A stretch of DNA of 63,453 bases, counting the filler, from Conidiobolus incongruus B7586 (taxonomy: Eukaryota), in NCBI GenBank assembly GCA_000697335.1. It is 15 parts of 15 records of this genome, joined end to end, with 100 filler letters (N's around TTAATTAATTAA, not from the genome) between each part and the next. Parts side by side here need not be neighbours in the genome. Positions count along the whole stretch, not along the records: positions 21,453 to 26,022 come from JNEM01000584.1; positions 26,123 to 29,292 come from JNEM01000585.1; positions 29,393 to 34,341 come from JNEM01000586.1; positions 34,442 to 39,387 come from JNEM01000587.1; 11 more parts are not named here. The stretch is one strand, 5' to 3'. Shown here in pieces: positions 23,802 through 38,485 of this stretch. Position numbers and translations under genes: made by a program. The notes below the pieces were generated by a model. It worked only from the letters and a program-made list of their open reading frames with translations, did no database searches and was not told the DNA's origin. Within the stretch, counting starts at the first letter, position 1, and each line of letters starts with the position of its first letter.

Positions 23802-24866
23802 ATGGAATCGGAACTTATGGATAAAAATGCTAACCCTAAAGATAAGCAACCTTTTTCGCTAAAATTATACAAGTATCTAATATTAGTAATAATTCACAAT
23901 AATATTGGTATTAACTGCAAGTTTAGTGTTGTGAATAATGCTCCCTATATCACTTGGGCAAGTGACGGAGACAGTTTTTATATTAATGACGTCAATAAAT
24001 TCGAATCAGAAGTAATGAAAGATTGCTTTAATAACGCCTGTATGTTATCTTTTGTTCGTCAGCTTCACGTAAAATAATATTAATGTCAATCAAAATATTC
24101 TTCTTTTTCTAAATCTATGTCTATTATTCAGATTTATGGTTTTAGAAGATTATTGGATGGTAGACGCACGAGATATCAAACACCGACGAACTATGCTTCT
24201 TTCTTTCACCCATGTTTCAAAAGGGACCATCCTGAGTTATTATCGCAAGTTCAGCGCCAAAAGCGTAAAAAATCCTTGAGTGAAATTGGTATCCAGAAGT
24301 CGGGAAAAAAATCCAATACTTCAAAATTCAATAATAACGGTAATAAGCCCCCATCCAAGGTTAAGACAATCCGGCCGAAATCTACCACGAACCAGCCCAA
24401 TCACTCCTTGAATCCCTTCAGTCAGCAAGATAACCTCACCTCAATGGAAATAAATATCAACTCCCTCGTCGCCTTGGATCCAACTATGGCTGACCCTACA
24501 AAAACTCAAGCCCTCTTGGCGGGATCTCATCTCAATCTCACACAGCCCGATGGCACCCTACTCGATTCCACGCAGGCGAATGAAATCCTCACACAATATC
24601 CCGAATTGTTCGCGGAAACATCGCTCCTAACAATGGGGAAACAACCCAACCAAACTAAACCTCTGAACAAGTCGAGTAAAAAGAAATCGGACGCATACTC
24701 CGATGGCGGCTCGTCCGACTCGGATTTCAATCCCGTATTTACCATTGACGCGTCGACCAATCCGCCATTCCTCACATACTTGCACGATCCCAAGCACCCG
24801 AACAAAAAACTCAGAGGAGATAATAACATTGTCAGCAATTCCAAATTCATTAAAACAAATAACTAA
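23802..24866 (+). CDS. HSF-type DNA-binding transcription factor, 3 exons
   Basis: Spliced QPFSLKLY(N)VV..ITWASDGDSFYINDVNKF..SFVRQLH/IYGFRR..FFHPCFKRDHPELLSQVQR is the HSF DNA-binding domain. Introns at about 23873-23926 and 24069-24131. Confidence 0.9.
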
Positions 24867-27800
24867 CCATCACCACCAAAAATATGACACAACCCATTCT
24901 ATTTACTAACAATATGATTATCCATTAAAAACTTATAATAGCCTTTTTGATTTATATTCGATGTTACCAGTTTTAGATTTTTATTGTTTAATTGGCATAA
25001 ATGATCTAAATAATTTGGAAACATTTCCTAATTTTAAAATTAGAATTTATATTCAATTTAATAGAAATCAAATAGTTAATCATATGTCTGATTGGAAAGA
25101 TTATTCAACATATTTGTCATTATTGATTATTATATTTTTCCCTATTACACTTTAAATTTTTATCTAGTATATTTTCTAATATAGCAACTTGAACTGATAA
25201 TATAATGAAAATGATTTAATAAGTTAGAATATGCGAATTGTTTATAATATAATTTGATAATTATCTAACATGAAATGAAGTATATAATATTTTTAAAATA
25301 GTAAAATTGATCTTATTGAAAAAAAAATCTTTCAAATAATATTAAATTAATTGAATTAATTTTGAATATAAAAATAAATATTATTCTTCTATCCATCCTT
25401 AATTTTATCTCTAAATATAATGGATATTAAAGTAATTAATATAACACTTAATCAGTTTTATTATGAGAATTTTAAATCAAAAATTATATAATAAAATTTT
25501 AACTAAATATAATATATATATATATATATATATACTATTTTCAAAATATTTTACAGTATTTTATTTTTAATTAAATTCTTTAATTTCATTGTTAATTTGA
25601 AATAATAGTAATTTAAATGTATATTAGTGGAAATTAAGCGAACCGGGAATATTTATATAGTAAATTAGGTGAGTTTATTTTTTATCTTTAATAACTTTTT
25701 TTATGTATATTTATTTATATATCAAACTATAGAATATATAACAAAATAATTATAAATCAATTTAGATTAGGTTTAAGAAAATATATTTATTTCAAAAAAA
25801 ACATATTCCTGAAATATTATTAATATTATATTTTATAATAAAATAATTTTATAATAAACTTTGATAATAATTTTTTATATAATTAATAATTAAAATTTAA
25901 TAGAAATAACTAAATAAAAATAAAATTAATAATCCTCTTTACTATTACTCATATTCTGCTATAATTTTAGTAAATATTCAATATTTGAAATATCACTTTT
26001 ATTATTTCAATTGTGATTTATTNNNNNNNNNNNNNNNNNNNNNNNNNNNNNNNNNNNNNNNNNNNNTTAATTAATTAANNNNNNNNNNNNNNNNNNNNNN
26101 NNNNNNNNNNNNNNNNNNNNNNTATCAAATTAACTTAATATTTTATAAAATAATTTATATATAATAAATAAAGTTGAAAATTTATTTATTTAATTATTTT
26201 TATCAATTTTAATAAATTAATATTCAAATATAATTTATATTTAATTAATTTTATTAATTATTATATTTAAACATAATATTTATTATTAATTTAAGAATTA
26301 TGTTTTTCAAATATGAAAATAAATACCAATTATTTATTATGGATTCATATTATGATACATTGGTAGGACAATTGAATTATAACAAATAATCTTTTGTTTT
26401 TATTTTAACAACAATATAAATTAATCAACTGATATTATTCTTTAATATATTGTTCTTTAGTCTTAGTAACTAAGCTTAAACACTCAATTTTTAACTATTG
26501 CTATGGTTGGATAGTTCTGTATTTATTAGCTCAATGATTATTTAGATTCAATATTGATATTATATTATTTATATTTATTTAATAATATATTATGGTTATT
26601 ATTATTATTATTATATATCCAACTCGACATTTCGCGTAAAATTATAATAATTCAGGATTGAGAAATTTTTAGCACCAATAATGACATAATAACATACTAT
26701 GTAAATAATTTAAAATATAGTAAAAAAAGAATATTTATGTAGTGAAAAACTTTATCATAAAAGTTAATATTTTTAAATTGATTAATTAATTAAAGTTTAA
26801 AATTTAAAATTTATTATAAATAATTTTAAATATTTAATATGTAATTAAATTAAAAATGCCATTAATAAAAATATTTAATATATATAAAACAAAGCTCACT
26901 CTAAAACCTTTATTAAGTTGAATAATTAAAAATATGATTGAATAATTTATTATTCTTTGTTTATCATTTGATATTAAGTGAATTTCCATTTATAGAATGT
27001 AAATAACTATTGAGATTTTTAAAAGATTAAATAACAAAATTACCAATATAATATAAATCCTGATATTAAATATATTCAAAGCTACGGTCGGATTTTGGTT
27101 ATGATTAATGGATGTTTTTATATAAATGATTCCAGCAACAGAAAGGAATTGGCTTAAGGAAGCGATTTTGATCCTAATCTCCGATTTTTTGATTGATAAG
27201 CATCATATACAATCACCATACTTTACACATAAAAATATTCACTTTTCTATAATTGATATTATATATAGTTAATAAATTTACATTAGTAAATTTTGAGTAG
27301 TGCTGTAGTTTTCTAAATACTTAATAAAAATATGGTATGGTACGAAAATCAATCGAGAAATATACAGTGGCATAATTTTTATTAAATCTACATTTCAGTA
27401 ATTATGTCCAAATTCATACTAAAACTTAGCAAGTTGTTTTTTACTAAATAACAGAGTTTATTCCATACAATTGATAATATTTAGAACACTCATTTCGTAG
27501 ATATTTACATTGGTTTCAGATTTTAATGTTTATTTCTCAATGTTTAAGGATTACTTAAATTTATGTGCTGTTTAAGAAATTTTTCTAATTCTATAATTTG
27601 GTATGATTTAAATTACTTAAGATGTCAAAAATTAATAATTAAAACTCATTTTAATCAAATTTAGGTAATTTCAATAAAGTGGATGGGCGACAAATATTAA
27701 TTGTTAAGTCAATAATTGAGCTTAATTTGACTAAGTTGAAAACATTCAATAATGGCTAATGGATGATTTAAAAATCCAATCACAAAATTTTCAGCCGTCA

Positions 27801-27996
27801 TTTGTTAAAATAGTGTAACTTGTTATTGTAATGTCTTACTTTTCAGTTCTATCGTTCAACCAATCGTAATAGAAAAATTGCATGATTAGGGATCAGTCTC
27901 ACCTCATTTAATAAACATATAAATATCGTTGTTAGAAATTATATCATACAATCAACAGCAGTAAGGTTTATTTCACTTAATTAACTTTACTGTCAT

Positions 27997-28902
27997 ATGT
28001 TATGGAAAATGGAAGATATTGATAATATCCCCCATGAGCAATACACTCGAATACTAAGTTTTGTTAATTTATTCGTGGGAGTTGTAGGTATACCAATCAT
28101 TACATTCCTATTGATTACCTTAAGATCGATACTGAGACATAATCATACCACGAATATTCGTCTGGTTTTAATCGTATTAATAATTGACTTTACAACGTGT
28201 TGGATGCTTTTCATAGAATCAATTACAACTTTAGTCAAAAATGACTTTTTATTTCGATATCCTATATTCTGCAAACTAGGGTATTTCTTCCTTGGAGGCC
28301 CTACCTTTTGTTCGATTTGGTTTCTTGCAATGATCAGTTTTGACAGATATATGCATATCGTTTGGGAGTATTCTATACCAAATATTGTATGGTATACTAT
28401 AATGAGCTCTACTATGATTTTCTATGTTGGTACAGGGATTTATAGCGTAATTGTAGATTCTATAATAGTTGCACCACTTGGGACTTATTGTTTTGTGTCG
28501 CCAGAACGTCCAGAAGGTCAGGTTATAATATTTGTAATTTGTTTTATGAATGTATTATCTATTGTTACCGTAATAATCTCTTATCTGTCCATCGCATTTG
28601 TTACTATAAAAGTTAAAAAGAGGACAAATTTAGTGACCAACTCTCAAACTAAAGTTTTTAATAGTGCTATATCACGAGCATTTATTAAAATATTTGCAAT
28701 TTTGGCCTTTTATTTATTGACTAATAGCTTGGAGACGTACTTAGAACTATATGAACTCATTACTCAGATTAGCAGGTCTCCACATACTGATTTGGTGGCG
28801 GCAGCAATGCAAAATTTTAATCCATTGATCAACTCAATATTGCTCCTCTTAATTAACAAAGAAGTTGGATCTCGTTTTTGTGATTGGTTTAGGAATCATT
28901 AG
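27997..28902 (+). CDS. Rhodopsin-like (class A) seven-transmembrane receptor
   Basis: Seven hydrophobic segments, Cys at the top of TM3 and in ECL2 (TYCF), SFDRY at the end of TM3 and NP motif in TM7 (NFNPLIN). Intronless, ends in TAG. Confidence 0.85.
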   Translation: MLWKMEDIDNIPHEQYTRILSFVNLFVGVVGIPIITFLLITLRSILRHNHTTNIRLVLIVLIIDFTTCWMLFIESITTLVKNDFLFRYPIFCKLGYFFLGGPTFCSIWFLAMISFDRYMHIVWEYSIPNIVWYTIMSSTMIFYVGTGIYSVIVDSIIVAPLGTYCFVSPERPEGQVIIFVICFMNVLSIVTVIISYLSIAFVTIKVKKRTNLVTNSQTKVFNSAISRAFIKIFAILAFYLLTNSLETYLELYELITQISRSPHTDLVAAAMQNFNPLINSILLLLINKEVGSRFCDWFRNH

Positions 28903-30432
28903 TTTAACTTAAATATGATATCAAAATTGAATATTTAATAGATTGAAGTGATTATTTAAATATCAATTGAATAATATTTAATTATGTATCATATATTTCA
29001 TAGCTTTACTAAAAATAATATAACTAATTAATAAAATATTAATTATATTAATTAAACTTTTCAATATTTTATATTACACTAACTTGTAAGTGAGTTATAA
29101 AATCAAAAATATATATTTTTTAATTAATAACTAAAATAATTATATATATTAAATTACTTGAAATAATAATATATAATTAAAGTATATTATTTAATAATAA
29201 ATAAATATAATTAAATATATTTAATAAACTATTAGCAAAAATATTAACCTTTAATATTTAACTAAAGTAAGTTATAAATTTATAGGTTTTTANNNNNNNN
29301 NNNNNNNNNNNNNNNNNNNNNNNNNNNNNNNNNNNNTTAATTAATTAANNNNNNNNNNNNNNNNNNNNNNNNNNNNNNNNNNNNNNNNNNNNAAAATTTA
29401 TAATATATTTTTTTAATTTAAAAATTATAATTTATAAATAAGTAAATTATTTTTTTTTAAAATAAATAAATAATTCTTAATAAGGTAAATTAATGCATAT
29501 TTTTTTTAGAAATTTCTTAAGAATATTAATGAGAAAAATTGAATTTAATATAAACTTAAAATATTTTAAATATAAAATTTTTTATATATTAAATTATTTG
29601 AAAGGAATAAAAATTCATTGATACACTGAAACTAAATTATAATTTTTATTTTAAGCTCTTCAATACAGTTTAAAATTATTAAAAGAAAGGTTGAATTATC
29701 ACTAAAATTAAAATGCTTTAGTAATTAATGATCATATGGTTAAAAATAACGTCGTTAGTCAAATGCTTGGTTGAACAGGTTATGTTAACATCACTAATGT
29801 GATATATTGTACTATTTTGTCAATGATTGAATGGAGTTTGAATGATGAGTAATCTTATTTTAGTCATTTATATTCTTTGTTAAATGCTTAATAACGTCTA
29901 ATGATTTAGTCTTGATAATATGAAATATGTTGATTATTGATGCTATTTATTACTGAATACAAAAGATTATTCTTCTATATATGATAATACCAATCGAACT
30001 AAAAATCACTAATTTTAGCCTAAGAAATCAATTTAACATCAAACATTATTAAAATTAAATTTAACAAGTATTTTATTAATTATATACAAAAATGAAATTA
30101 TTATTTTAAAAAAAATTTTCAATTAAAAAAATTAATATTTAACTTTATTCAATATTAATAATTTTATAAATTAAAGAATTATTTTAAAAGTTGTTCAAGT
30201 ATCAAAATTAATCTAATTGTTAAATCTATTCCAGGTATAATTACTGTTCTAGGTTATTTGAAATATATTGAATGATGTGCATTAATTATTAATTTTTTTA
30301 ATTCAGATAAAATTCATATATATATTAATAATAATATTCTATTATTTTTAAGTTTATTATAATTTTATTGATATTTAATCAATTAATTAGTATAAAAAAA
30401 ACTTTTTATTTAAAAATTTATTATTATTATTA

Positions 30433-31560
30433 TTATGCAATGGTTACTCTAGATTTTAATATTAGTTGGGGTGATATGGATGTTTCTTTATATTCGTGAC
30501 AGGAATAGGATTCATTAATGGCTGAAAGGTCATAGGGCTGATGAAGATTTGTGTAGCTTGGGGAATTAGAGGGCGCAGCATATTCAAAAGTATTCTCGGG
30601 AATTCTGGGAACTGGAGGTGGTGGAATATTCGATGGAAGTACAAATGCTGGCTGTATTGTTGGGTTAGCGGTCATGCTAGAATATGAGTAACTCAACTCC
30701 GTAGGTGGATACTCAAAATTCGGTACCATACCAAAAGGATGCATTGCAACTTCTGACCTGTTTCCATCCAATTCATTCGATGGTGGCAGCCTTAGCATGG
30801 AATTTGTATATGGCATATAAGTGGGTGAGTAGGAATATGGATGATTCGGAGATATAAATTCTGTTCCTTGATACATGGGTGAGATATTGTAATTCATCAT
30901 GGAGGTACAAACGGGCTGGGAATTTCTTCTAGATAAAGGTAATTCTGGTTGTGGAAGTGGAGTTATACTTTGGTCAGTTGTACTGGGATAAACATGGCTT
31001 ATCGTTGCTCTTCTCGCAAAGGTTGTGGGAGGTGGTACAACGAAAGATATGTCATTATTTGAGTTAGGTGATTGGTTGGGAGTACTTGATCTCCTACTTT
31101 CACTTAAGTGATAGCTTATTGTACTACAAGTTAACTGTTTTAACATATTGTGATCAATCGTCCATAGACTCCCTTTTCCAGGCTCGCCATTGGGTCTAGG
31201 AACTTTGACAAATGCGGGATTATGAGATAAATTGTGTCTTACTGAGTTTTTCCAACCTTTGCTGGATTGCTTAAGATAAGGATAATGAGTCTCAAGCCAA
31301 ATATAAAGTTGATTTAGAGAGAGTTTTTGCTGGGGACTTTGACTGATAGCATATGTAATTAAAGTGGCATAAGAATAGGGTGGTTTTCCTTTTGTATGTG
31401 TGGTGAGTTTAAAATTAGGATCATAAAAAAACGACTTTTTTCTAAAAGTTGATCCTTTTGCGTCGTTTAATTTGGGATAATTAGGAACAACAGGGGAGGC
31501 CGGCTCCAAGTCTTTTAAATCGGAAGAGTTATATGACGGCTCGATGATTCCAGATAACAT
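30433..31560 (-). CDS. Forkhead-box transcription factor
   Basis: [58 protein letters not shown], followed by a P/S-rich tail. No FHA domain seen. Confidence 0.95.
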   Translation of the reverse strand: MLSGIIEPSYNSSDLKDLEPASPVVPNYPKLNDAKGSTFRKKSFFYDPNFKLTTHTKGKPPYSYATLITYAISQSPQQKLSLNQLYIWLETHYPYLKQSSKGWKNSVRHNLSHNPAFVKVPRPNGEPGKGSLWTIDHNMLKQLTCSTISYHLSESRRSSTPNQSPNSNNDISFVVPPPTTFARRATISHVYPSTTDQSITPLPQPELPLSRRNSQPVCTSMMNYNISPMYQGTEFISPNHPYSYSPTYMPYTNSMLRLPPSNELDGNRSEVAMHPFGMVPNFEYPPTELSYSYSSMTANPTIQPAFVLPSNIPPPPVPRIPENTFEYAAPSNSPSYTNLHQPYDLSAINESYSCHEYKETSISPQLILKSRVTIA

Positions 31561-33753
31561 CCTTAATTAAAATTTTAACAATGCTATACACGATAAGATT
31601 ATCAAAAATTATACAATTAATACTACTGCTCAATGCTATTTATAAGAGCAATGAATTCATACGAAAAAAAGTCCCATTAGAGTATTCTTAATTTAACATT
31701 TGGACAACCAGCAAAACTTGAATAGATGAAATAAGATTCAAAACTGGATTATCGAGCATATGAGATGAAATTTAAGTGGATGAAAATTGATCCAACCTTG
31801 ACTCGAAGCTGGTAATTTAATGTTAAATAATTCTATTTTAGTTTAAAAATTCTTTTGTGGAAATAAATAACTTAAATCGTATTAAAATAAAACCATATTT
31901 CAACCAATAATAAAATGCCTATTTTCTCAGTTAATTTTTATACTAAAAAATTTTTTTTACTTCTCTAATACAATGAAAATTTTAGATAAAATAATTTGGT
32001 GTAATGAGGTATTTTATAAAAATGTTTTTAATCATCTTATCCATTTGAATAGTATGATTTTATGCAATTCAAACTTAATCATCTTATCAAATTGTGCTTG
32101 ATATTTTTTTTAATTTATTAGGAATAAATTAGAAGATAGTATATTCATATCGAAATGAAATCTTCGATTGCATGACCTGTCTAAAAATTTTCTATCCAGT
32201 ATTTAACACTTATATGTGGAAAGTTTAATATGGTTAAAAAATTTAACCTAAGAGAATTTTATATAACTGATATCATTTTATATTGAATTATTAGAATTAA
32301 TAATATAATTTATTATTAAAAGTATCAATTTTTCATTTAATAATATTGTTATATAATTTATTATATTATATTATTAAAATTATATTTTTGATTATTATTA
32401 TAATTTGATTGAATAATCCATAACTACCAATAAATTAAATTTTATATACTAATTTAATAATATTCTACGTGTAAATTAATCATAATCATTTCTAAAATAG
32501 AAAGTTTATGCTTAAAATATATTAATCAATTGATTACCTATTCAATTAATTTTATTCACTTTTTGGAGGTAAATTTATTTCACATATAATATATTTTTTT
32601 TAACTATCTATAGTTAATTTATACGAATATCAAAATGACTTGAGATTAAATATAATTTCTATTCCTAACTGAAAAGAAAATACTGATCATTTTATTTCAT
32701 ATTAACTATTGAAATATTTGCTATTTTTAATAATATCAAATTTATGTTAAAATTTATTAAATGTTTTTTAGGAAAAAATAATTCTCAATTGATATAGATT
32801 TTAATTCTCTTTTAAATATGATAATTCTAATATATATAATTTTCTATTATCTATATTGATTTTTTTAAAGCTATATAGTTTAATTAATATGAATACTAAA
32901 TGTTTTTTTGTAATATCAGTTTTTTTACTTATAAAATTAACCAATCATTGATCTATCCAATAAATTTCTAAAATTACCATTTAATTTTAAAATTATTTGA
33001 ATTTTTGGATATGAAACTATAATTCTATCATTGTGAATATATATATATATAATAAATTTTTTTAGATTAAGATTACATACTATTAAATTTGAATTAATCT
33101 CAATTTTCAAAACTATCTATATGACTAAACAAACATTTTATAGTTCATATTAAATATTAAATCAATCATAATAATGATTTAAATTAAATATATTATTACT
33201 TTGAATTAAATAATTAATTTCACAATTCATAACTTTATGAAAATTGGTTTATAAAATTATGAACTACTTTTTTGTAATATACACCGAATCAAATTATTGT
33301 ACTTGAGAAAATTAAAAATTTAATTTATATATTATTCAAATTTTTATTGTAACATTTTAAAAAAAATTTTTTTTAATATATAATTTTGATTGGTAAATTC
33401 TTTTTAAATAATTATTTCTAATATCAAGTTTTATATTTTGATTTTTATCTTAATATAGTTATATTAAAATTATATTAAAAAATTGTTAGTTATGTGACAA
33501 ATGTTTTCATATAATCTCATTTATTTGAAATTTTTAATACAAAATTTTTGGTTCATATATTTTCGGTTTCCTAATAATGGTTATAGAAAGTTATTCTATT
33601 TAATTGTTGTGTATTATTTTATTAATTTTACTTGATTAATTGATAGTGCAAGGGTAAAATTAATCAAATATTTTTTCAATACTATGAAATTGGGAATATA
33701 TATTTTTTTAATAAAATATTATTAATGAATTAATTGTATTATTATATATTTTA

Positions 33754-33757
<4 letters not shown>

Positions 33758-33794
<37 letters not shown>
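33758..33794. repeat. (TA)n microsatellite
   Basis: Pure AT dinucleotide run. Similar runs at about 25512-25533, 42707-42728 and 54996-55025. Confidence 0.9.
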
Positions 33795-33797
<3 letters not shown>

Positions 33798-36700
33798 ATA
33801 TGGTAATAATAACTAACGAAATTATTAAATAAAATTTTCAATTTGATAAAATATATGGTTTAAATATTTATTAAGCAACAACAATTGAAATGCCGAAAGC
33901 CTAGTAGATTTGATAGCAATAACCTAGACCAATAGTTGCATATTTACAAACACTAAATACTACTATTTAATCTTGATCAAGAAAATTAAAAGCGTCAATT
34001 CTATTAAACTCTCAAACAAAATTTATACTTGTTTTTTACACTTAAATTTTGGAATTCTAAAATCAGATCAATATGAATTATTAAATAAAGTTTTAATTCT
34101 TCATATAAATATCGAATTTTATAATATTATTAAATTGATTTTTAAATAAAGTTTGGATATATATTATCATATATAAGTTTTATTAAATTTTCCTATATAA
34201 TATTAGTTTTAATATTATATATGATATAATTTTTGAATATTAATCACTTTGCATATAATTATAATAATTTTAATGAATCTGTTTAATCAAAATATTTTAT
34301 TAAATAATATATTTGGTCCTCATAAATTAATATTAATTAATNNNNNNNNNNNNNNNNNNNNNNNNNNNNNNNNNNNNNNNNNNNNTTAATTAATTAANNN
34401 NNNNNNNNNNNNNNNNNNNNNNNNNNNNNNNNNNNNNNNNNAATTTACTAAAATTTAATATTATATTATTCAAGAAATATTTTACTTAAAATAGTTATTT
34501 AATTAATTTTACCAACTTAAAAACCCTCTTAATTTAAATTTTAATATTATTATATCTAATTGATATAAATATCAAGAGTAAATAGTATTAAATAAAATTA
34601 AAGTTATTAAAATATTAAAACTATTCTTTATTTTTCTATTTATATTTTTTTTTCCAAATTTTAAAATTTAATGTATATTTAATTATATCCATTATATCAT
34701 CAATTATTCATTATTTTATAGTATCAAATGTTTATTATAAACATTTATCAAAATGAATATAATTTTTGGATATTTTTCTATTATCTTAAATCTTAAAACT
34801 ATTTTTTTAATAAAAAATCCAAATTTTGATAATTATATAAATAAAACTTATATATACTCAAATATTATATTATCTTAAAACTTTTATATTAATTATAAAC
34901 ATTAGAAATTTTCTAACTCTTTGGTTAAATATTTATTTTGTATATGTTTATATTTACATATTGTCAAATATTAATTGACTTAAATTCAATAATATTGGAA
35001 TATCATATAAATTTTTACATTATCCCAAAACTCATTGATGATGTAAACACATGAAACAATAAAAATTAAGATTTAGATTTATTTAAATGATATCAATATA
35101 AAATTTACCGTATAATATAGTTTATAAACTTATATTTAATCATTTTTAATAATGGCTGATTGATGATTTACACAGCAATATTGATTTTACATTCAAATAT
35201 GGATAACCCCTTTATCTATATATTGCTTTATCAATATCAAAAATAATTTTTTATATAAACTATAACATATGTACACGTTACTCTATAAGAAGTATTTTAG
35301 AATTAATCTAAAGTTTATTGAAAATTTTTTAATACTCAAATTGTACAACTGATAAACTAAATATATAGTTCTGTATAAACTACAAATACTTTATTAAATA
35401 CTCTGAATATCAAATGTAAATAAAATTGTAGCTATAACTGGATTGCCGTTATTTTTTTGCTTTAACTACAATAGTCTTAAACAATGATTCTAATATAACA
35501 ATATATTGTTAAAATTTTTAAACAATGATTGTGTAATATCATTTTCTCCTGTAAAATTTATTCTGAATTTTCAAATATCTAGTTGATTTGTTCAATTATA
35601 CATTGAATATAACCTAGTTATTTACTAAATCTTTATATAAATCTAATAATTTTCAAGTTGATAAAAAATAATTTCATATTTATGTATTTAATATTGAGTG
35701 TAATTTCTATCGGTTCTATTTATATGTATCAGTAATTCATTGGATTAATCACAATTACAAATTTGTGTGAAAATGCTAGACCATTTTACATCCTTTAATC
35801 AAGAAGTTTTATTCAAAAACTTTATAACACCGTTTCCATATCCAAGATTATGTTAATATATCTTTAATAATCATATCAATTACATTGTTTAATAAGTACT
35901 ATTAATTTAGCCTAATTGTATAATAATTCCAGTAAAATATATTTAAACACATGTTATCACAATTAGTGGATTTGTTAATAATCTGGTAAATTTCAAAATA
36001 ATAGAATCATTTGGAAATCAAACAATTATGATTAAAATTGTGGTTTCAATCAAAAATTGAGTCAATTATTTTTAAATAATTCATCCAATCTATTTAACAA
36101 ATTACCTAGTAAATATATTAAATTGATATTAACTGACTTGATCTAATTATAAAAAAATATATAATGTATCACTTAGTATCTATACTTGTTGTATTATTAG
36201 ATCGAATGAATATACTAAAGAGTTCAAATTTTACTGAAGTTTTGAAATAATCAAATAATAATATGAAATCTTAAACAATAAACATTGCAGTATTATTTCA
36301 ATAGTATTTACAAGAAATATAGGTTTGCTATAAAATATTGGTACTGAATATAACATATCAGGAATCAGAAGCAGTATACAATTGAAGCTGATATAGCCTA
36401 AGATTAAATTCACGATGGCATAGCCAATATAGTTTAAATTAAAGATGTTATTATTAGTTTGATTGATATGATTTTGCACATAACAGCCACTGAATTGTTC
36501 AAATATTGAAACTTCTTACATCACACTTTTTCATTTGATCACTGAAAAATAATATTATGCATTTTCAATTGACGTCTGTTTGTATTTTTGTATTTTATTA
36601 TTTGGTAAGTCATCAAGTTTGGAATTATCAATTATTTTGAATACAATATTTCATTCAATATATATTCCACTTAAAATTATCATATTTAAAACTAAATGAA

Positions 36701-37153
36701 ATACATTTTACAAATCGTAGTAATTATATTTAAAATTAATTTTGATAGTTTTTCATAAAAGTCAAATTATTCAAATTTGTCTGCTTTAATTTTTTTATTC
36801 TGCTTAAAAAATCACTAAAAAAAGATATCTTTAATAAAAATTAAACCAATCAGATAAAAAATAAATCAAATAATCCGTAATGATTGGTTAATTTGATAAA
36901 TAATAATAAAAATTCTCTGAATAAATTGATTCAATCCAAAATTTCAAAGCTTGCCCTGAACCTAATAATTTATATCCAAATCGACCCCATAAAAGTCATC
37001 TTCCCTTATTTAATAAGTACAATCAACAAGTTGTACTATTATATTAAACAATTTATATTTTTTCTTTTTTCAACTGGCATTATAACCGTTTGTTATTATA
37101 TCTATAGAATATTTTATTTATGACTTTATAATTCAATAATTAAATTACAAAAT

Positions 37154-38485
37154 ATGAACTATAACCCCAACCAAACTAATGGCTCTTCTTACATATTCGG
37201 CAGCCCTTCTTATATTAACTCTGTCCATGATCCCAGTAATGGTTTCGTGACTCCTTCGCAGCATATGAGCCATCACGAAGTCCATAACCAACATCCCATT
37301 CATTCTTCTCATATTCAACAAAATACTACACTTCACCCTGCTCCACACCAATCTATTTCTGGTCCTACTCCTCTAACTAATTTACAGAGCCAAACCTCTA
37401 CACCGAATTCTGCCCAATCTCAGCCTCAGGTTCAAAATCATAACCTGAACCCTCCTTTAACTAGCTCAGTTGCTGATACTACTTCAGTTACTCAAAATGT
37501 TATATCACTTCCTAGCAATAATGGCACCTCTCCAATGATCAATCAAGAAGACACTCAGCATCGTAGAAATAAAGGAGGGTATGAGAGATGGTCTCAAAAT
37601 GATATACAAAAAGTCCTTGACTGGTTTAAAAACGAAAACAATTTTAACCTTTGGAGTACTAATAAGGACACCGGTTTACAAACATTATTAGAACAAACTC
37701 AAATTGATAAAAATTTGTCTCAGCTCAAGAATAAAATAACTTTGATGCGTGCCACACACCGTCAAATTCGAAATAAACGCCGATTTGGTAATCTTCAAGA
37801 TAAACTTCATCCTGGTGAATCAATTCAAGGTTTGTTATTAATTATCTTTGAGATCTACCAGGACCTTTTGTTCTAATTACCTATACTTTGGTTATAGATG
37901 GTGTTAAAAGGTTATGCCCTCATTTTGATGATTTGGAAGCTATATTCGGTGCAGAAGAAGACAATAATCTTAATGAATCCAAAAAATCTTCTCCCAAGTC
38001 TAGGCCTCAACAACCGATTAAATCAGGTTAGTTTAGTTTTATTTATTATTTTCAAATCTTTTTGACTAATTATTTTAGTCCTTCCTCTACCAACCAATAA
38101 TTTTATAAATATCGCGCCAGGACCTATTCAACCGGTCTCTTTTCCTGGGACTAACAAACGTAAGATTTTACCCAAACCAGACCGTCCACCACCAATGAAT
38201 ATTCAAGAAACTTTACAAACATTCTCAACCCAAATCCATAGCCAAACGTTAATTTTGAAAAAATTAGCAGGCGCTATTGAGCGAAATACCGCTTTGCTTC
38301 GTAAGCTAATAGAACGCCCCACCCCTTACCCCTTGCCAACTAACTATAAGGCTGATTCCAATCCCTTTGATATTTTGGGCGCTTCATCTCATGATACCAC
38401 CCTTGACGGACTTTCATTGCCTGTCAACCAAAATGGTACATTGCCCTCTGATGAATTAAATGATTCCTTACCTGGACTTAACTAA
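37154..38485 (+). CDS. Myb/SANT-like (trihelix-type) DNA-binding protein, 3 exons (37154-37829, 37898-38026, 38079-38485)
   Basis: Splicing joins two listed ORFs in frame. RWSQNDIQKVLDW..QLKNKITLM..KRLCPHFDDLEAIFG resembles Myb/SANT-like domains, with an H/Q/P-rich N-terminus and a coiled-coil-like C-terminal segment. Confidence 0.72.

Noticed and set aside
27997..28902. Opsin
   Set aside because: No Lys at the retinal-binding position in TM7 (LVAAAMQNFNPLIN).
36884..37123. Short AT-rich ORFs (also 2471-2659, 19000-19185, 24961-25155, 49603-49815, 59189-59392)
   Set aside because: I/N/K/F/L-biased translations, often with non-ATG starts, as expected by chance in AT-rich intergenic DNA.
23802..38485. 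Regulatory gene cluster (HSF, GPCR, forkhead, Myb-like in a row)
   Set aside because: Each gene is on a separate contig joined by artificial linkers, so adjacency cannot be trusted.
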